A stretch of DNA of 64,000 nt from Deltaproteobacteria bacterium (GTDB lineage Bacteria > Myxococcota > Kuafuiibacteriia > Kuafuiibacteriales > Kuafuiibacteriaceae), in the NCBI GenBank assembly GCA_016713425.1, contig JADJPE010000005.1:992111-1056110 (forward strand). The letters are read 5' to 3'. The notes below the pieces were generated by a model. That model saw nothing but the letters and a program-made list of their open reading frames with translations. It ran no database searches and had not been told where the DNA came from. Every line of letters starts with the position of its first letter. The first letter of the stretch is position 1. This document shows, piece by piece, positions 63,191 to 64,000 of this stretch. The position numbers and the translations under genes were made by a program.

Positions 63191-64000
63191 GGACCTCGCG
63201 TGTACGCCTCATCCCCGCGATGTTCAAGAAGGACCACAAGAGCCCGAAAACATCGCGCCCGAAACCGCGCTCGAATCCACACGCCAAGATCACGTCGCGA
63301 TCGTCGAGGTCGAAGTCCAAGCCCCTGAAGACCTTCCCTACGCCGTCGAGGGGAGAGCACTCCTTGGGCTCCTCTTCGAGCGCTCACTCGCCGACCTCCC
63401 CGGGGTCATTCCCATGATCGAGGGAACCGCCCCCTCACCCGGCTTCGCACAATGGAACGATCCCGGGGCCGTGCGATGGCAGCTCACCGTGTCCGACCGC
63501 GGCGGCCGCCAGGAGCTCGACCTCGCGAGCGCGCTCTGCATCGACCGCACGACCTGCGTCACCGCGACCGCGACCGGGGCACGGGCGCAACTCGAACAAT
63601 CGGTCAGTGCGCTGACGTCATCGATCGCGCGCCAACTCGGTCGTGCGCGCGCGCGCGAAGCGCAGCAGACGCACGCATCATCGATTTCGAAGGATGACTA
63701 CGCGGTGCTGATGACGGGCCGAGCGGCCGCGGTACTCTACGGCTTCCTAAAGGTCGACCCGGCGGCGTTTGAAGATCGCCACCGCGATCCGCCCGTGCGC
63801 GCCGTCTTCCTGGACCCCAGCATCGAGCTCGCCCAGTGGATCCTTGGGCGAGTCCGATTCTCGCGCGAGGCCCCCGGTGCCGAGAACGCCTTTCTCTCCG
63901 CGGTCGCGCTCCACCCAACGGACGTCGCAGCGCAAGCGGACCTCGCCACGACACTCGCAAAGCTTGGACGGCTCGAAGACGCAGCGGCGGTTTGGGACAA
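63189..64000 (+). CDS. Hypothetical acidic protein with C-terminal TPR-like helices, partial and running off the window end
   Basis: This open frame is absent from the ORF track because it has no stop codon. I translate MDLACTPHPRDVQEGPQEPENIAPETALE...DYAVLMTGRAAAVLYGF...AFLSAVALHPTDVAAQADLATTLAKLGRLEDAAAVWD. The ATG at 63414 is an alternative start. Confidence 0.4.
   Translation, partial: MDLACTPHPRDVQEGPQEPENIAPETALESTRQDHVAIVEVEVQAPEDLPYAVEGRALLGLLFERSLADLPGVIPMIEGTAPSPGFAQWNDPGAVRWQLTVSDRGGRQELDLASALCIDRTTCVTATATGARAQLEQSVSALTSSIARQLGRARAREAQQTHASSISKDDYAVLMTGRAAAVLYGFLKVDPAAFEDRHRDPPVRAVFLDPSIELAQWILGRVRFSREAPGAENAFLSAVALHPTDVAAQADLATTLAKLGRLEDAAAVWD

Noticed and set aside
63220-63417. 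ORF-track ORF 63220-63417(+) (MFKKDHKSPKTSRPKPRS...).
   Set aside because: Its translation is Ser/Pro/Lys/Arg-rich junk. The alternative frame, beginning at ATG 63189 and open to the window end, gives a balanced acidic/TPR-like protein.
1-64000. rRNA, tRNA, integrase/transposase, prophage or toxin-antitoxin content.
   Set aside because: I found no T-loop/anticodon-arm-like tRNA candidates and no rRNA-like conserved stretches on either strand. No tyrosine-recombinase (R..H..R..Y) or DDE-transposase signatures turned up. This is a manual scan, so a tRNAscan/Infernal run is still advisable.

Overview
This is a 64 kb high-GC bacterial chromosomal segment, most consistent with a Myxococcota-type genome. 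The evidence for that is an AgmX/PglI C-terminal-domain protein, PEGA-domain and FG-GAP lipoproteins, a giant STAND Ser/Thr kinase, and GTG/TTG starts with 4-nt gene overlaps. I call about 50 protein-coding genes on both strands. Housekeeping genes include radA, the fluoride channel crcB, a 3-methyladenine DNA glycosylase (Mpg family), an ElbB/DJ-1-family protein, an EF-P lysyl ligase (EpmA/GenX-like), 4-alpha-glucanotransferase MalQ, class A PBP1A, an RND efflux pair, a Wzx flippase with a Wzy-type polymerase, an M23 peptidase and a YegD-like Hsp70. The accessory content of most interest is a co-directional yqiJ-like / flotillin (SPFH) / 1755-aa single-AAA_5 ATPase gene trio. Also notable are a membrane-anchored predicted pseudokinase with extracytoplasmic PEGA domains, a 1691-aa kinase/cyclase-like/AAA/TPR STAND protein, two divergent GNAT-plus-nitrilase paralogs, and a cluster of paralogous small secreted proteins. 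There are two probable frameshifted lipoprotein genes and many short tandem-repeat arrays, coding and intergenic. I recognised no rRNA, tRNA, CRISPR array, integrase, transposase or prophage. All coordinates come from manual reading of the six-frame track and DNA, and start codons are approximate.
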